DNA from: Rhizobium sp.
Lineage (GTDB): Bacteria > Pseudomonadota > Gammaproteobacteria > Xanthomonadales > Xanthomonadaceae
Direction: 5' to 3'
NCBI GenBank assembly: GCA_019459185.1
Contig: JAIBEO010000017.1
Coordinates: 5,761 to 69,760, forward strand
Length of the DNA stretch: 64,000 bases
In this document: positions 1-11,460 of the stretch, one piece after another
How positions within the stretch are numbered: position 1 is the first letter of the stretch
Layout of the letters: every line of letters starts with the position of its first letter
The notes under the pieces: model-generated
Told to the model about the DNA's origin: nothing
What the model saw: the letters and a program-made list of their open reading frames with translations, nothing else
Databases searched by the model: none
Translations under genes and position numbers: made by a program

Positions 1-283
1 TCAGGTTGAAGCCCTGGAAGATGAAGCCCAGCTTCTCGTTGCGCAGCTTCGAGCGGCCGGCGTCGTCCAGGCCGCGCACGTCCACGCCGTCGAGCCAGTA
101 TTCGCCGCCGGTGAACTCCTCGAGCAGGCCGGCGATGTTGAGGAAGGTGGTCTTGCCCGAGCCCGAGGGGCCGGTGACGGCGACGAATTCGCCTTCCTTG
201 ACGTGGATGTCGAAGCCGCGCAGCGCGTGCGTCTCGATCATGTGGGTGCGGTAGACCTTGCTCAGGTTGTTCATGCGCATCAT
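1..283 (-). CDS. ABC transporter ATP-binding protein (MacB/LolD-like), 5' part only; runs off window
   Basis: Manual translation from ATG at 283: MMRMNNLSKVYRTHMIETHALRGFDIHVKEGEFVAVTGPSGSGKTT (Walker A) ... LRNEKLGFIFQGFNL; directly downstream of an MFP gene. Confidence 0.9.
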   Translation of the reverse strand, partial: MMRMNNLSKVYRTHMIETHALRGFDIHVKEGEFVAVTGPSGSGKTTFLNIAGLLEEFTGGEYWLDGVDVRGLDDAGRSKLRNEKLGFIFQGFNL

Positions 284-329
284 GGCGGGGCGTCCTTTTC
301 TTTCGTGTTCGCGTGGGGGCGGGAAGGGG

Positions 330-1601
330 TCAGTCGTTGATGGAGACGCGCTCGGCGTCGCCGAAGGTGTCGGTGCCGGCGATGACGATGCGCTCGCCGG
401 GCTGCACGCCCTCGAGGATCTCGACTTCGCCGACGCTGGTGGCGCCGAGCTTGATCGGGCGGCGCACCGCGATGCCGTCCTCGACCACGTAGGCAAAGCG
501 GCCGCCGGCGGATTCGACGAAGGGGCCGCGCGCGACCTTGACCACGTCGGGCTTCTCCTCGAACAGGACGCGCGCGCTCAGTCGCTGGTTCTGGCGCAGG
601 CCCGGCGGCTGTTCGCCGTCGAAGCGCACGCGCGCCAGCACCTGGTTGTTGACCACCTCGGGCGAGATCGCCGAGATCTTGCCGGTGGCGTCGGTCGAAC
701 CCACGCGCACCTCGGCGGTCATGCCCAGGCCCAGGTCCTTGGCGTAGGTTTCGGGCATCTCCAGCTCAACTTCCAGGCGCGACAGGTCCACCACCGTCAT
801 CAGCGCGGTGTTGGGCGCGACCACGGCGCGGTCGGCCACGCTGAGCGTGCCGATGATGCCGTCCACCGGCGCGCGCACGTTCAGTTCGTCGACGCGGCGC
901 TCGAGGTTCGCGGCCAGCAGGCGCTGGCGCTCGAGCATCTGCTGCTGGGTCTTGAGCGCCAGCGCCACGTCCTGGGTTTCCAGGCCGGAGGCGGTGGCGG
1001 CGTGCTTGCTGCGGATGTCGGCGCTGGCCATGGCGTCCTTGGCGCGCAGGAACTCGACTTCGGCGATGGCACCCAGTTCGTAGCCGCGCTGTGCGCGCTG
1101 CAGGTCGCGAAGGGCGGCCAGGCGGATCACCTCGGCGTCGTCGGCTTCGCGCTTGGCGAGCAGGCTGGCCTTCTGGGCCAGGATGCGCTGGCGCGACACC
1201 TCGGCCTCGAGCTGGGCCAGGGTGGCCTGTTCGCGCTGCAGTTCGTTCTGCAGCTCGGGCGAGTCGATCACGGCCATCACGTCGCCGCGCTTGACGGTGT
1301 CGCCGGCCAGGATCTTCAGGGTCACGGTGCCGCCGGCCGGGGCGTACAGGGTGGGGCTGACGGCGGCGACCACGCGGCCGTTCACCGCGGCGTCGCGCAC
1401 CAGCAGGCCGCGGCCGACCTCGGCGATGCGCAGGCGTTCGACCGACACCGAGTGCGAGCTGCCCATCCAGCCGGACAGCAGCCAGCCCAGCGTGAGCACG
1501 CCGGCGATGGCGCCGCCGGCCAGCCACAGCGGGCGCCGGCTGCGCGGCTGCTGCTGCTGGGAAAGGGTGCGGTCCTGGGCGGAGGTGTCGCGGATCATCA
1601 T
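330..1601 (-). CDS. Efflux membrane-fusion (HlyD/MacA-like) periplasmic adaptor subunit
   Basis: N-terminal TM segment, coiled-coil hairpin, RAPVDGII lipoyl half-motif, GATSVGEVEILEGVQPGERIVI C-terminus; start placed at MMIRDTSAQD. Confidence 0.88.
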   Translation of the reverse strand: MMIRDTSAQDRTLSQQQQPRSRRPLWLAGGAIAGVLTLGWLLSGWMGSSHSVSVERLRIAEVGRGLLVRDAAVNGRVVAAVSPTLYAPAGGTVTLKILAGDTVKRGDVMAVIDSPELQNELQREQATLAQLEAEVSRQRILAQKASLLAKREADDAEVIRLAALRDLQRAQRGYELGAIAEVEFLRAKDAMASADIRSKHAATASGLETQDVALALKTQQQMLERQRLLAANLERRVDELNVRAPVDGIIGTLSVADRAVVAPNTALMTVVDLSRLEVELEMPETYAKDLGLGMTAEVRVGSTDATGKISAISPEVVNNQVLARVRFDGEQPPGLRQNQRLSARVLFEEKPDVVKVARGPFVESAGGRFAYVVEDGIAVRRPIKLGATSVGEVEILEGVQPGERIVIAGTDTFGDAERVSIND

Positions 1602-1632
1602 GGGGTTCCTGCATCGGTGATGCTCAAGACGA

Positions 1633-1648
1633 TGCACGAGCCGTGCCA
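1633..1648 (-). promoter_or_regulatory. sigma54 (-24/-12) promoter of the ABC exporter operon
   Basis: Minus strand TGGCACGGCTCGTGCA matches TGGCACG-N4-TTGCW with GG-N10-GC spacing, about 30 bp upstream of the MFP start. Confidence 0.75.
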
Positions 1649-1653
1649 ATCGG

Positions 1654-1666
1654 CAAGTTGTTGATT
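1654..1666 (-). promoter_or_regulatory. IHF binding site
   Basis: Minus strand AATCAACAACTTG is an exact match to WATCAANNNNTTR, immediately upstream of the sigma54 motif. Confidence 0.65.
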
Positions 1667-1682
1667 AAAAAGGATTGTCTTC

Positions 1683-1717
1683 CTGTCCGCGGCTGTCCGC
1701 GGGCAGGGTGGGCGGAC
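1683..1717. promoter_or_regulatory. Candidate enhancer (UAS) for a sigma54 activator
   Basis: CTGTCCGCGG direct repeat (1683-1702) plus inverted GCGGAC (1712-1717) upstream of the IHF and sigma54 sites. Confidence 0.4.
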
Positions 1718-1826
1718 GCGGGCCGGACGCCGTGGGCGACCGGCCGGTGAATGCGGAAATTGTCGGCATCCGGCGGCGCGCGCCCTTCCCGTAAACTTGC
1801 GATCCCCGGTCAAGGAAGCCTGCTCC

Positions 1827-3650
<1,824 letters not shown>

Positions 3651-3654
3651 GCCC

Positions 3655-4233
3655 ATGCGCGTCTGCGTCTACGCCGCTTCCAGCGCCAAGGTGGCGCCCG
3701 AATTCCACGCCGCCGCGCGCCTGCTCGGCGAAACCCTGGCCGGCAACGGCTGCTCCATCGTCTACGGCGGCGGCTCGCAGGGCCTGATGGGCTCGCTGGC
3801 CGACGGCGCGCTGTCGAAGGGCGGCGAAGTCATCGGCATCCTGCCCAAGTTCATGGCCGACCTCGAGTGGGGCCACCCGGGCCTGACCCACCTCGAGCTG
3901 GTCGAGGACATGCGCGAGCGCAAGCACAAGCTGCTCACCGGCTCCGACGCCGTGGTGGCGCTGCCCGGCGGCTGCGGCACGCTCGAGGAGCTGTTCGAGG
4001 CCATCACGCTCAAGCGCCTGGGCATCTACTTCAATCCGATCCTGCTGCTCAATACGCGTGGGTACTACGCGCCGCTGCAGGGTTTCATGGAGCAGGTGAT
4101 CGCCGAGAAGTTCATGAACCCCGAGCACCACGCAATGTGGTCGCTGGTGGATTCCGTCGAGCAGGTGCTGCCCACCATCGCCGCTACGCCCAGGTGGCGC
4201 GAGGACGCGCGCGAGTACGCGGTGGTGCGTTAG
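3655..4233 (+). CDS. LOG family phosphoribohydrolase (TIGR00730-like)
   Basis: VYGGGSQGLMG, MRERK and PGGCGTLEE (PGGxGTxxE) motifs. Confidence 0.88.
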   Translation: MRVCVYAASSAKVAPEFHAAARLLGETLAGNGCSIVYGGGSQGLMGSLADGALSKGGEVIGILPKFMADLEWGHPGLTHLELVEDMRERKHKLLTGSDAVVALPGGCGTLEELFEAITLKRLGIYFNPILLLNTRGYYAPLQGFMEQVIAEKFMNPEHHAMWSLVDSVEQVLPTIAATPRWREDAREYAVVR

Positions 4234-4239
4234 CGCGGC

Positions 4240-4629
4240 TCAGTCGGCCGAGGCGGACGACGGGTCGTCGAAGCCGAAATCCGGCTCGGGCATGGCCGCC
4301 TCATCGTCGTCGTGGCGCACCGTGGTGACGGGGCCGGCGGCCGGCATGCGCTTGCCCTTGGGCAGCGGCAGCTTCGACACTTCTTCGCCCGCGGCCAGCA
4401 CCAGTTCGCTGCGGCGCTCGTCCGGGATTTCCTGCCAGTGGCAGCCCAGGATCGCGCCCTCGAGCGCGTAAAGCAGGTTCAGGCTGGGCTTGAAGCCCGC
4501 ACGCTTGACCCGCACGAACGCCGCCAGCGCACCCACCGCCACGAGGTCTTCCTGCGTGCGGATGCCGGTCTGGCGCAGCCACGCGGCCGACTTGGGGCCG
4601 ATGTTGCGCAGCTTGGTTCCCGTACTCAT
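4240..4629 (-). CDS. TfoX/Sxy C-terminal domain protein
   Basis: LRNIGPKSAAWL...GI...LNLLYALEGAILGCHW pattern of TfoX_C. Confidence 0.8.
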   Translation of the reverse strand: MSTGTKLRNIGPKSAAWLRQTGIRTQEDLVAVGALAAFVRVKRAGFKPSLNLLYALEGAILGCHWQEIPDERRSELVLAAGEEVSKLPLPKGKRMPAAGPVTTVRHDDDEAAMPEPDFGFDDPSSASAD

Positions 4630-4654
4630 GGGCGACTAAGTCCTCCGGGCGGCG

Positions 4655-5143
4655 TCAGGCCGCGTCCAACGTCTGGATGAACGCATGCGCGATGGCTTCG
4701 AGGCCAGCCTGGTCCTCGGCGTCGAATCGGTCGGGCACCGGGCTGTCGAGGTCGAACACGCCCACCAGGCGCTCGCCGGCGTACAGCGGCACCACCAGCT
4801 CCGAGCGCGAGGCCGAGTCGCAGGGGATGTGGCCCGGGAAGGCTTCCACGTCCGGCACGCGCTGCGTTTCCCGCGTCTGCGCGGCGGTGCCGCAGACGCC
4901 GCGGCCGAGCGCGATGCGCACGCAGGCCGGATGGCCCTGGAAGGGACCGACCACCAGTTCCTTGCCGTCGAAGAAGTAGAAGCCCACCCAGTTCAGGTCG
5001 GGCAGGGCATGGAAGACCAGCGACGAGAGGTTGGCGGCGTTGGCCACGCGGTCGCGTTCGCCGTGCATCAGGCCGCGGGCCTGTTCGAGCAACTGGGCGT
5101 ACTGCTCGGCCTTGGTGCCGGAAAGGGTGCTGGACTCGAACAT
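4655..5143 (-). CDS. msrC: GAF-domain free methionine-(R)-sulfoxide reductase (fRMsr)
   Basis: NWVGFY, GPFQGHPAC, GRGVCG, HIPCDSASRSELVVP, DLDSP motifs. Confidence 0.88.
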   Translation of the reverse strand: MFESSTLSGTKAEQYAQLLEQARGLMHGERDRVANAANLSSLVFHALPDLNWVGFYFFDGKELVVGPFQGHPACVRIALGRGVCGTAAQTRETQRVPDVEAFPGHIPCDSASRSELVVPLYAGERLVGVFDLDSPVPDRFDAEDQAGLEAIAHAFIQTLDAA

Positions 5144-5213
5144 GCGGACTCCTGGAGCGAGCCCCCGAGTCTAGCAGCGCCCGGCGCGACGGCCCGCTGG
5201 TAAAGTCGCGGCC

Positions 5214-5906
5214 ATGGTCCAGGGCCTCCCCGATTTCCCCAACGGCTGCTTCGTCACCGGCACCGACACCGGCGTCGGCAAGACCTTCGCCAGTGCCGCC
5301 CTGCTGCACGCGATGCGCCGCGACGGCCGCCCGGCCGTGGGCATGAAGCCCGTGGCCAGCGGCTGCGAGCGCACGCCCCAGGGCTGGCGCAACGAAGACG
5401 CGCTGGCCCTGCAGGCCGCCAGCCAGCCGCGCCCGGAATACCTGCTGGTCAATCCCTACGCCCTGCCGGAACCCACGGCGCCGCAGATCGCCGCGGCCCT
5501 GGCCGGCGTGCGGGTGGCGCTGCCCACGCTCCTGGCCGCCCACGCCGCGCTGGCCGCCCAGGCCGGCGGCCGCGTGCTGGTGGAGGGCGCCGGCGGCTGG
5601 CTGGCGCCGCTGGCCGACGGCATCGAGCAGGCCGACCTGGCCCGCGCTCTGGGCCTGCCGGTGGTGCTGGTGGTCGGGCTGCGGCTGGGCTGCCTCAACC
5701 ACGCCCGGCTCAGCGCCCGCGCCATCGTGGCCGACGGCTGCCGCTATGCCGGCTGGATCGGCAACGCCATCGAAGCCCCCGGCCCGCATGCGGCCGCCTA
5801 CCTCGAACTGCTGCGCACCCACCTGCCCGGGCCCTGCCTGGGGCTGCTGCCGCATGCCCCCGGAGGCGACCCGGCGACCCTGGCCGCGAATCTGGCCGCC
5901 GGCTGA
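5214..5906 (+). CDS. bioD: Dethiobiotin synthase
   Basis: FVTGTDTGVGKT, MKPVASG, VEGAGG, LGCLNHA motifs. Confidence 0.95.
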   Translation: MVQGLPDFPNGCFVTGTDTGVGKTFASAALLHAMRRDGRPAVGMKPVASGCERTPQGWRNEDALALQAASQPRPEYLLVNPYALPEPTAPQIAAALAGVRVALPTLLAAHAALAAQAGGRVLVEGAGGWLAPLADGIEQADLARALGLPVVLVVGLRLGCLNHARLSARAIVADGCRYAGWIGNAIEAPGPHAAAYLELLRTHLPGPCLGLLPHAPGGDPATLAANLAAG

Positions 5907-5958
5907 ACCGGGCGGCGTCAAAGCGCCTGAGGGCACACGAAACAGGTCGTCAGTTGGC

Positions 5959-5999
5959 TTGACAGTCGGGCACTCAAACTTAGAATGACCGTTCACTCT
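5959..5999 (+). promoter_or_regulatory. sigma70 promoter with overlapping TetR-type operator for the RND operon
   Basis: TTGACA (5959-5964), 16 bp spacer, TAGAAT (5981-5986); imperfect inverted repeat AGAATGA-CCGT-TCACTCT (5982-5999) overlaps the -10. Confidence 0.65.
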
Positions 6000-6065
6000 T
6001 TTCCCGCCCTGGCGCCCGATGGCGCCGCGGACCCGACTTCCCCTTTCGAGAACCGAGGCATCCCC

Positions 6066-7253
6066 ATGTCCTTCCCCGCCCGTTCCTGGCGCACCCTTCT
6101 CCTGGCCGGCGCCTCCGGTGCCCTGCTGGCCGCTTGCGGCGGCGAGTCCACTCCGCCGGCCATGCCCACGCCCGAAGTCACCGTGGTCACCCTCAAGGCG
6201 CAGCCGGTGCCGCTGACCCGCGAACTGGCCGGCCGCACCGTGCCCTTCCTGGTGGCGGAAGTGCGCCCCCAGGCCACCGGCATCGTGAACAAGCGCCTGT
6301 TCGAGGAAGGCAGCCTGGTGAAGGCCGGCGAGGTGCTCTACCAGCTCGACGACGCCAGCTACCGCGCCGCCCGCGACGCCGCCGCCGCCAACCTGGCACG
6401 CGCGAAGGCCTCGGCCACTTCGGCCCGCCTGGCCGCCGAGCGTTCCACCGAACTGGTGGCCGCCAAGCTGGTCAGCCAGCAGGACCACGAGCGCACCATC
6501 GCCGCCGCCGCCGAGGCCCAGGCCGACGTGGCGGCCTACCAGGCCGCGCTGCAGTCGGCCGAGGTCAACCTGGGCTACACCCGCATCGTCGCGCCCATCT
6601 CCGGCCGCGCCGGCAAGTCCAGCGTCACCCAGGGCGCGCTGGTCACCGCGAACCAGGAAGCGCCGCTGGTGACCGTGCAACAGCTCGACCCGATCTACGT
6701 GGACCTGGCGCAGTCGAGCAGCGAACTGCTGCAGCTGCGCCGCGACATGGAAGCCGGCAAGGTCGAGGCCTCGGAAGGCGTGGCCGCGAAGATCCTGCTC
6801 GAGGACGGCACGCCCTACGCCGAGCCCGGCCGCCTGGAATTCACCGACGTCACCGTCGACCCGTCCACCGGCAGCTACGCCCTGCGCGTGCGTGTTCCCA
6901 ACCCGCGGAACCTGCTTCTTCCGGGCATGTACGTGCGCGCCGTGGTCGAGCTGGGCACCCGCCCGGACGGCGTGCTGGCGCCGCAGCAGGGCATCAGCCG
7001 CGACCCGAAGGGCAATGCCACCGCCATGGTGGTGACGCCCGAGGGCAAGGTCGAGGCCCGCGTGGTGCAGACCAGCCGCACCATCGGCGACCAGTGGCTG
7101 GTCGACGGCGGCCTGGCCGCGGGCGACCGCGTGATCATCGAGGGCCTGCAGAAGGTGCAGCCGGGTGGCAACGCCACGGCCGTCGAAGCCGGCGCCGCGC
7201 CCGCGCCGCAGGAACCGTCCGCCCCGGCCGATGCCGGCGGCGACGCCGAATAA
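6066..7253 (+). CDS. RND efflux periplasmic adaptor lipoprotein (AcrA/MexA-like)
   Basis: Lipobox LLAAC, AEVRPQATGI, APISGRAG, QLDPIYVD, VDPSTGS; start at MSFPARSW after a GAGG RBS. Confidence 0.92.
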   Translation: MSFPARSWRTLLLAGASGALLAACGGESTPPAMPTPEVTVVTLKAQPVPLTRELAGRTVPFLVAEVRPQATGIVNKRLFEEGSLVKAGEVLYQLDDASYRAARDAAAANLARAKASATSARLAAERSTELVAAKLVSQQDHERTIAAAAEAQADVAAYQAALQSAEVNLGYTRIVAPISGRAGKSSVTQGALVTANQEAPLVTVQQLDPIYVDLAQSSSELLQLRRDMEAGKVEASEGVAAKILLEDGTPYAEPGRLEFTDVTVDPSTGSYALRVRVPNPRNLLLPGMYVRAVVELGTRPDGVLAPQQGISRDPKGNATAMVVTPEGKVEARVVQTSRTIGDQWLVDGGLAAGDRVIIEGLQKVQPGGNATAVEAGAAPAPQEPSAPADAGGDAE

Positions 7254-7268
7254 GCCCGGGAGCCCCGC

Positions 7269-10200
7269 ATGGCAAGGTTCTTCATCGATCGGCCCATCTT
7301 CGCGTGGGTGATCGCCATCATCATCATGCTGGCCGGCGCGCTCGCGCTGACCCAGCTGCCCATTTCCCGCTACCCGACGATCGCGCCGCCCTCGGTGACG
7401 ATCAATGCCAGCTACCCGGGCGCGTCGGCGCAGGCCGCCGAGAACTCGGTGACGCAGATCATCGAGCAGGCCATGACCGGCCTCGACGGCCTGGACTACC
7501 TCTCGTCCACCAGTGATTCCAACGGCTCGGTCTCGGTCACGCTGACCTTCAAGACCGGCACCGACCCGGACATCGCCCAGGTGCAGGTGCAGAACAAACT
7601 GCAGCTGGCCACCGCGCTGCTGCCGCCGATCGTGCAGCAGCAGGGCATCTCGGTGAACAAGGCCAGCTCGGGCTTCCTGCAGGTGCTGGGTTTCGTTTCC
7701 GAGGACGAATCCATGGACCGCAACGACATCGCCGACTACGTGTCGGCGAACGTGGTGGACCCGCTCAGCCGCGTCGCCGGCGTCGGCAGTGTGCAGGTGT
7801 TCGGCGGCAAGTACGCCATGCGCATCTGGCTCGACCCGGGCAAGCTCAACACCTACAAGCTCGCGCCCGCCGACGTGATCTCGGCCATCCAGGCCCAGAA
7901 CGCCCAGGTGGCCGTGGGCCAGCTCGGCGGCACGCCGGCCATCGACGGCCAGCAGATCAACGCCACCATCACCGCCCAGGACCGCCTGCAGACGCCGGAG
8001 CAGTTCCGCGCCATCGTGGTGCGCAGCAATTCCGACGGTTCGGTGCTGCGCCTGGGCGACGTGGCCCGGATCGAGCTGGGTTCGGAAGGCTACTCGGTGA
8101 TCAGCCGCTACAACGGCAAGCCCGCCTCCGGCCTGGCCATTTCGCTGGCCACCAACGCCAACGCGCTGTCCACCGCCGACGGCGTGGCCGAGCTGATCGA
8201 GCGCATGAAGCCCACCTTCCCGCCGGGCCTGCGGGTGACCATCCCGTTCGACACCACGCCCTTCGTGCGCGTTTCGATCAACGAGGTCGTCAAGACCCTC
8301 ATCGAAGCGGTCGTGCTGGTGTTCCTGGTGATCTTCCTGTTCCTGCAGAACTTCCGCGCCACGCTCATCCCCACCATCGCGGTGCCGGTGGTGCTGCTGG
8401 GCACGCTGGGCATCCTGCTGGCGCTGGGCTTCTCGATCAACATGCTCACCATGTTCGCCATGGTGCTGGCGATCGGCCTGCTGGTGGACGACGCCATCGT
8501 GGTGGTCGAGAACGTCGAGCGCCTGATGAGCGAGGAGGGCCTGTCGCCCCTCGAAGCCACCCGCAAGTCCATGGACCAGATCACCGGCGCACTGGTGGGC
8601 ATCGGCCTGGTGCTGGCGGCGGTGTTCATCCCGATGGGCTTCCTGACCGGCTCCACGGGCGTCATCTACCGCCAGTTCACCGCCACCATCGTTTCGGCAA
8701 TGGGCCTGTCGGTGCTGGTGGCGATCATCCTCACGCCGGCCCTTTGCGCCACCCTGCTCAAGCCGCTGAAGAAGGGCGAGCACCACGGCGAGAAGGGTTT
8801 CTTCAAGTGGTTCAACGGCAAGTTCGATGCCGGCAACATGCGTTACCAGGGCATCGTCGGCGGCATGCTGCGCCGCGGTGGCCGGTTCCTGGCCATCTAC
8901 GCGCTGCTGGCGCTGGTGATGGGCTTCCTGTACCTGCGTGTGCCCTCGTCCTTCCTGCCCGATGAAGACCAGGGCGTGCTGTTCACCATCGTGCAGACGC
9001 CGGTGGGCGCCACCCAGGAGCGCACCCAGAAGGTGATGGAGCAGGTGGAGTCGCACTACCTGCGCAACGAGGCGGAGCACATCGAATCCACCTTCTCCGT
9101 GCAGGGCTTCAGCTTCGCCGGCAGCGGCCAGAACAACGGCATGGTGTTCGTGAAGCTCAAGGACTGGGACGAGCGCACCAGCGCCGAGGCCAGCGTCAAC
9201 GCCATGGTCGGCCGCGCCATGGGCGCCTTCGGCCAGATCAAGGACGCCATGGTGTTCGCGCTGGCGCCGCCGCCGGTCACCGAGCTCGGCACCACGGGCG
9301 GCTTCAACCTCTACCTCAAGGACAACCAGGGCCAGGGCCACGAGGCGCTGATGGCCGCGCGCAACCAGCTGCTGGGGCTGGCCGGCCAGAGCCCGCTGCT
9401 GATGGCGGTGCGCCCGAACGGCCAGGAAGACACGCCGCAGTTCCGGCTCGACGTGGACAACGAGAAGGCCGCGGCGCTGGGCGTGTCGGTGTCCGAGATC
9501 AACTCCACGCTGTCGGTCGCCTGGGGTGGTCGCTACATCGACGACTTCATCGACCGCGGCCGTGTGAAGCGCGTGTACGTGCAGGCCGACGCGCCGTACC
9601 GCATGGTGCCCGAGGACTTCAAGCTCTGGTACGTGCGCAACGACGCCGGCGAGATGGTGCCGTTCTCGGCCTTCGCCACCTGGCACTGGGAATACGGCTC
9701 GCCCCGCCTCGAGCGTTACAACGGCGCGCCGGCGGTGAATGTCACCGGCATGCCGGCCCCGGGCGTGAGTTCGGGCGACGCCATGGCCGAGATGGAGCGC
9801 CTGGCCGCGCAGCTGCCGCCGGGCTTCGGCCTGGAGTGGAGCGGCGCCTCCTACCAGGAGCGCGTGGCCGACGCGCAGGTGCCGATGCTGTACGCGCTGT
9901 CGCTGCTGGTGGTGTTCCTGTGCCTGGCGGCGCTGTACGAAAGCTGGTCCATCCCGACCTCGGTGCTGCTGGTGGTGCCGCTGGGCATCCTGGGTACGGT
10001 GCTGTTCACCTGGCTGCGCGGGCTCGAGCGCGACGTGTACTTCCAGGTGGGCATGCTCACCACGGTGGGCCTGTCGAGCAAGAACGCGGTGCTGATCATC
10101 GAGTTCGCCAAGGCCAACGTCGAGAAGGGCATGGAGCTGGTGGACGCCACGCTGGCGGCCATCCGCGACCGCCTGCGTCCGATCCTGATGACCTCGATCG

Positions 10201-10382
10201 CCTTCGGCTTCGGCGTGCTGCCGCTGGCGCTGGCCACCGGCGCCGGTTCGGGCGCGCAGCGCGCCATCGGCACCGGCGTCATCGGCGGCATGCTCAGCGG
10301 CACCTTCCTGGGCATCTTCTTCATCCCGCTGTTCTTCGTGGTCGTGCGCCGCCTGTTCTACCGCCAGGGGGCGCAGGCGTGA
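7269..10382 (+). CDS. HAE1-family RND efflux permease (AcrB/MexB-like)
   Basis: [17 protein letters not shown] start, [36 protein letters not shown]. Confidence 0.96.
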   Translation: MARFFIDRPIFAWVIAIIIMLAGALALTQLPISRYPTIAPPSVTINASYPGASAQAAENSVTQIIEQAMTGLDGLDYLSSTSDSNGSVSVTLTFKTGTDPDIAQVQVQNKLQLATALLPPIVQQQGISVNKASSGFLQVLGFVSEDESMDRNDIADYVSANVVDPLSRVAGVGSVQVFGGKYAMRIWLDPGKLNTYKLAPADVISAIQAQNAQVAVGQLGGTPAIDGQQINATITAQDRLQTPEQFRAIVVRSNSDGSVLRLGDVARIELGSEGYSVISRYNGKPASGLAISLATNANALSTADGVAELIERMKPTFPPGLRVTIPFDTTPFVRVSINEVVKTLIEAVVLVFLVIFLFLQNFRATLIPTIAVPVVLLGTLGILLALGFSINMLTMFAMVLAIGLLVDDAIVVVENVERLMSEEGLSPLEATRKSMDQITGALVGIGLVLAAVFIPMGFLTGSTGVIYRQFTATIVSAMGLSVLVAIILTPALCATLLKPLKKGEHHGEKGFFKWFNGKFDAGNMRYQGIVGGMLRRGGRFLAIYALLALVMGFLYLRVPSSFLPDEDQGVLFTIVQTPVGATQERTQKVMEQVESHYLRNEAEHIESTFSVQGFSFAGSGQNNGMVFVKLKDWDERTSAEASVNAMVGRAMGAFGQIKDAMVFALAPPPVTELGTTGGFNLYLKDNQGQGHEALMAARNQLLGLAGQSPLLMAVRPNGQEDTPQFRLDVDNEKAAALGVSVSEINSTLSVAWGGRYIDDFIDRGRVKRVYVQADAPYRMVPEDFKLWYVRNDAGEMVPFSAFATWHWEYGSPRLERYNGAPAVNVTGMPAPGVSSGDAMAEMERLAAQLPPGFGLEWSGASYQERVADAQVPMLYALSLLVVFLCLAALYESWSIPTSVLLVVPLGILGTVLFTWLRGLERDVYFQVGMLTTVGLSSKNAVLIIEFAKANVEKGMELVDATLAAIRDRLRPILMTSIAFGFGVLPLALATGAGSGAQRAIGTGVIGGMLSGTFLGIFFIPLFFVVVRRLFYRQGAQA

Positions 10383-11002
10383 GTGCGATGCCGGTCGGCG
10401 GTGGCGCCAAGGCGCGGGCGCGCCAGGAAGCGCAGCGTGCCCGTATCCTGGAGGCGGCGCGCAAGTGCTTCTCCGAGCAGGGATTCCATGGCGCCGGCAT
10501 GTCGGCCATCGCCAAGGAGGCCGGCATGAGCCAGGGCCTGATCTACCGCTACTTCACCAACAAGGCGGCGATCATCCAGGCCATCACCGAAGAGCAGCGC
10601 GCGCGCCGCACCGAGGACCTGTGCGCCATCGCCACCTTCGAGGACCTGGTCGACGGGCTGATCGAGAAGCTGCGCCGCTGGCGCAGCGGTGACGCCGAAG
10701 ACGACATCTTCGACCCGGCACTGTTTCTGGAGATCAGCGCCGAATCGAGCCGCGACCCCGAGGTGGCGGCCATGGTGTCGGCGCAGGAAAAGGAAATCTG
10801 GGCCGACTTCGCCGCCATCGTGCGCCGCGACGCCGAATCCCAAGGCCAGGCGCTCGACGACGAGGCCCTGCGCTGCCGCACCATGACCCTGCGCTGCCTG
10901 GTGGACGGCGTGATCACCGCCTGCGTGCGCGACCCGCACCTCGACTGCGACCAGGTGCAGGCCAGCCTGCGAAGGGTGTTGCGCCAGCTCGGCGGCGGTT
11001 GA
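10379..11002 (+). CDS. TetR/AcrR family transcriptional regulator
   Basis: [44 protein letters not shown]; GTG start overlaps the RND stop (alternative ATG at 10388). Confidence 0.9.
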   Translation: MSAMPVGGGAKARARQEAQRARILEAARKCFSEQGFHGAGMSAIAKEAGMSQGLIYRYFTNKAAIIQAITEEQRARRTEDLCAIATFEDLVDGLIEKLRRWRSGDAEDDIFDPALFLEISAESSRDPEVAAMVSAQEKEIWADFAAIVRRDAESQGQALDDEALRCRTMTLRCLVDGVITACVRDPHLDCDQVQASLRRVLRQLGGG

Positions 11003-11003
11003 T

Positions 11004-11363
11004 TCAGCGCGGGCCGGTGTAGCGGCAGCCCGAGGTGCAGGTTTCGTGCACCACCACCGCGCTCAGCAGCGGAAGGTTGGGCTTGAGGTGGTCCCAGATC
11101 CAGGTCGCGAGGTTTTCGCTGGTCGGGTTTTCCAGGCCGGGGATGTCGTTGAGGTAGTAGTGGTCGAGCCGGTCGTAGAGCGGCTTGAAGGCGGCCTTGA
11201 TGTCGCCGAAGTCCATCACCCAGCCGGTGCGCTCGCCGACCTCGCCCGAGACGTGCAGCTCGACCCGGAAGCTGTGCCCGTGCACGCGCGCGCACTTGTG
11301 GCCTTCCGGCACGTTGGGCAGCCGGTGCGCGGCCTCGAGGGTGAAGGATTTGAAGATGTCCAT
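11004..11363 (-). CDS. queD: 6-carboxy-5,6,7,8-tetrahydropterin synthase
   Basis: [42 protein letters not shown]. Confidence 0.95.
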   Translation of the reverse strand: MDIFKSFTLEAAHRLPNVPEGHKCARVHGHSFRVELHVSGEVGERTGWVMDFGDIKAAFKPLYDRLDHYYLNDIPGLENPTSENLATWIWDHLKPNLPLLSAVVVHETCTSGCRYTGPR

Positions 11364-11460
11364 GGCGCCATTCTACCGGGGTGCCGGCCCGGGCGCCGGT
11401 CTCGCCGGTTGAGACATCTTCCTGCCAGTCTTGCCCCCGTCATCGGCTAGGCTGTGCGGG

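Noticed and set aside
1700-1826. Possible glmS ribozyme in the glmS leader
   Set aside because: No recognisable ribozyme core; the short region is occupied by promoter elements of the divergent operon
4626-9686. 1686-aa minus-strand ORF, and similar giant ORFs such as 11440..14853, 32732..36319, 46816..49923 and 53826..56681
   Set aside because: They are antisense shadows of well-supported genes on the opposite strand; stop-codon scarcity is expected at this GC content and they carry no recognisable motifs
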